Below the pieces are notes generated by a model. It saw nothing but the letters and a program-made list of their open reading frames with translations, was not told where the DNA came from and searched no databases. DNA of 63,137 nt, the filler included, from Octopus bimaculoides (lineage: Eukaryota): NCBI RefSeq assembly GCF_001194135.2. It is 5 parts of 4 records of this genome, joined end to end, with 100 filler letters (N's around TTAATTAATTAA, not from the genome) between each part and the next. Parts side by side here need not be neighbours in the genome. Positions count along the whole stretch, not along the records: positions 61,049 to 63,137 come from NC_068996.1; 4 more parts are not named here. The stretch is one strand, 5' to 3'. Position numbers and translations under genes: made by a program. This document shows, one piece after another, positions 62,891 to 63,137 of this stretch; position 1 is the first letter of the stretch, and every line of letters starts with the position of its first letter.

Positions 62891-63064
62891 TTATTTAAAA
62901 GCAGCAGAAATATAACAAAAAAAAACCGTTACCCTGAGTTTCACGTTCCCGTTCACCGGACAGTTTTGTTAGAAATGGAGAAAGGTTACAAAACTGTCCG
63001 ATGAACGGGAACGTGAAACTCAGGGTAACGGTTTTTTTGTTATATTTCTGCTGCTTTTAAATAA
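62891..63064. repeat. Inverted repeat (about 80-bp arms) made of two hammerhead-bearing Penelope-type ends
   Basis: TTATTTAAAAGCAGCAGAAATATAAC...GGACAGTTTTG / CAAAACTGTCC...GTTATATTTCTGCTGCTTTTAAATAA; about 17-nt spacer. Confidence 0.92.
62990..63035 (+). ncRNA. Type I minimal hammerhead ribozyme motif (U4>C variant); mirror copy on the minus strand at 62922-62967 has an additional A6>G
   Basis: Stem I AAAACTGT/ACGGTTTT, core CCGATGA, stem II ACG-GGAA-CGT, GAAAC, loop TCAGG, cleavage triplet GTA (63025-63027). Confidence 0.65.
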
Positions 63065-63137
63065 TGCATATTACTCTACCTCTGGTATTTGAGTACTCTT
63101 TTTTCCACCTTGTTGAACATTTCATGTGTTTACTCCG

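Overview
AT-rich, microsatellite- and retroposon-dense animal DNA, most likely an octopus or other coleoid cephalopod (inferred from the SINE/LINE repertoire; not verified). It is not one contiguous locus. Four identical 100-nt artificial linkers (44 N + TTAATTAATTAA + 44 N) split it into five blocks: 1-16030, 16131-43456, 43557-58257, 58358-60948 and 61049-63137. The only host-gene coding sequence I can support is in block 1. It is a phase-1 terminal exon (14471-14706) resembling the casein kinase 1 delta/epsilon C-terminal tail, plus an upstream phase-1 terminal exon (762-1021) that would give an alternative 86-aa tail. The rest is transposon debris: tRNA-derived SINEs, RTE, CR1, L1/Tx1-like and R4/Dong-like (RLE) LINE fragments, Penelope-like elements with hammerhead motifs, mariner remnants and MITEs. 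The most striking structure is at 18480-21463. Three copies of a gag/ORF1-only retroelement are stacked in the same orientation at one position inside the tRNA-like head of a SINE, separated by four copies of a 13-bp target duplication. This points to a sequence-specific, SINE-targeting non-autonomous retroelement. Other items worth checking are MITEs with inverted telomeric repeats and 6-bp TSDs, a co-oriented pile-up of RLE LINEs at (TAA)n tracts, a SINE-derived 166-bp satellite with dimeric higher-order structure, and an inverted pair of hammerhead motifs. TE boundaries are approximate unless a TSD or TIR is quoted.
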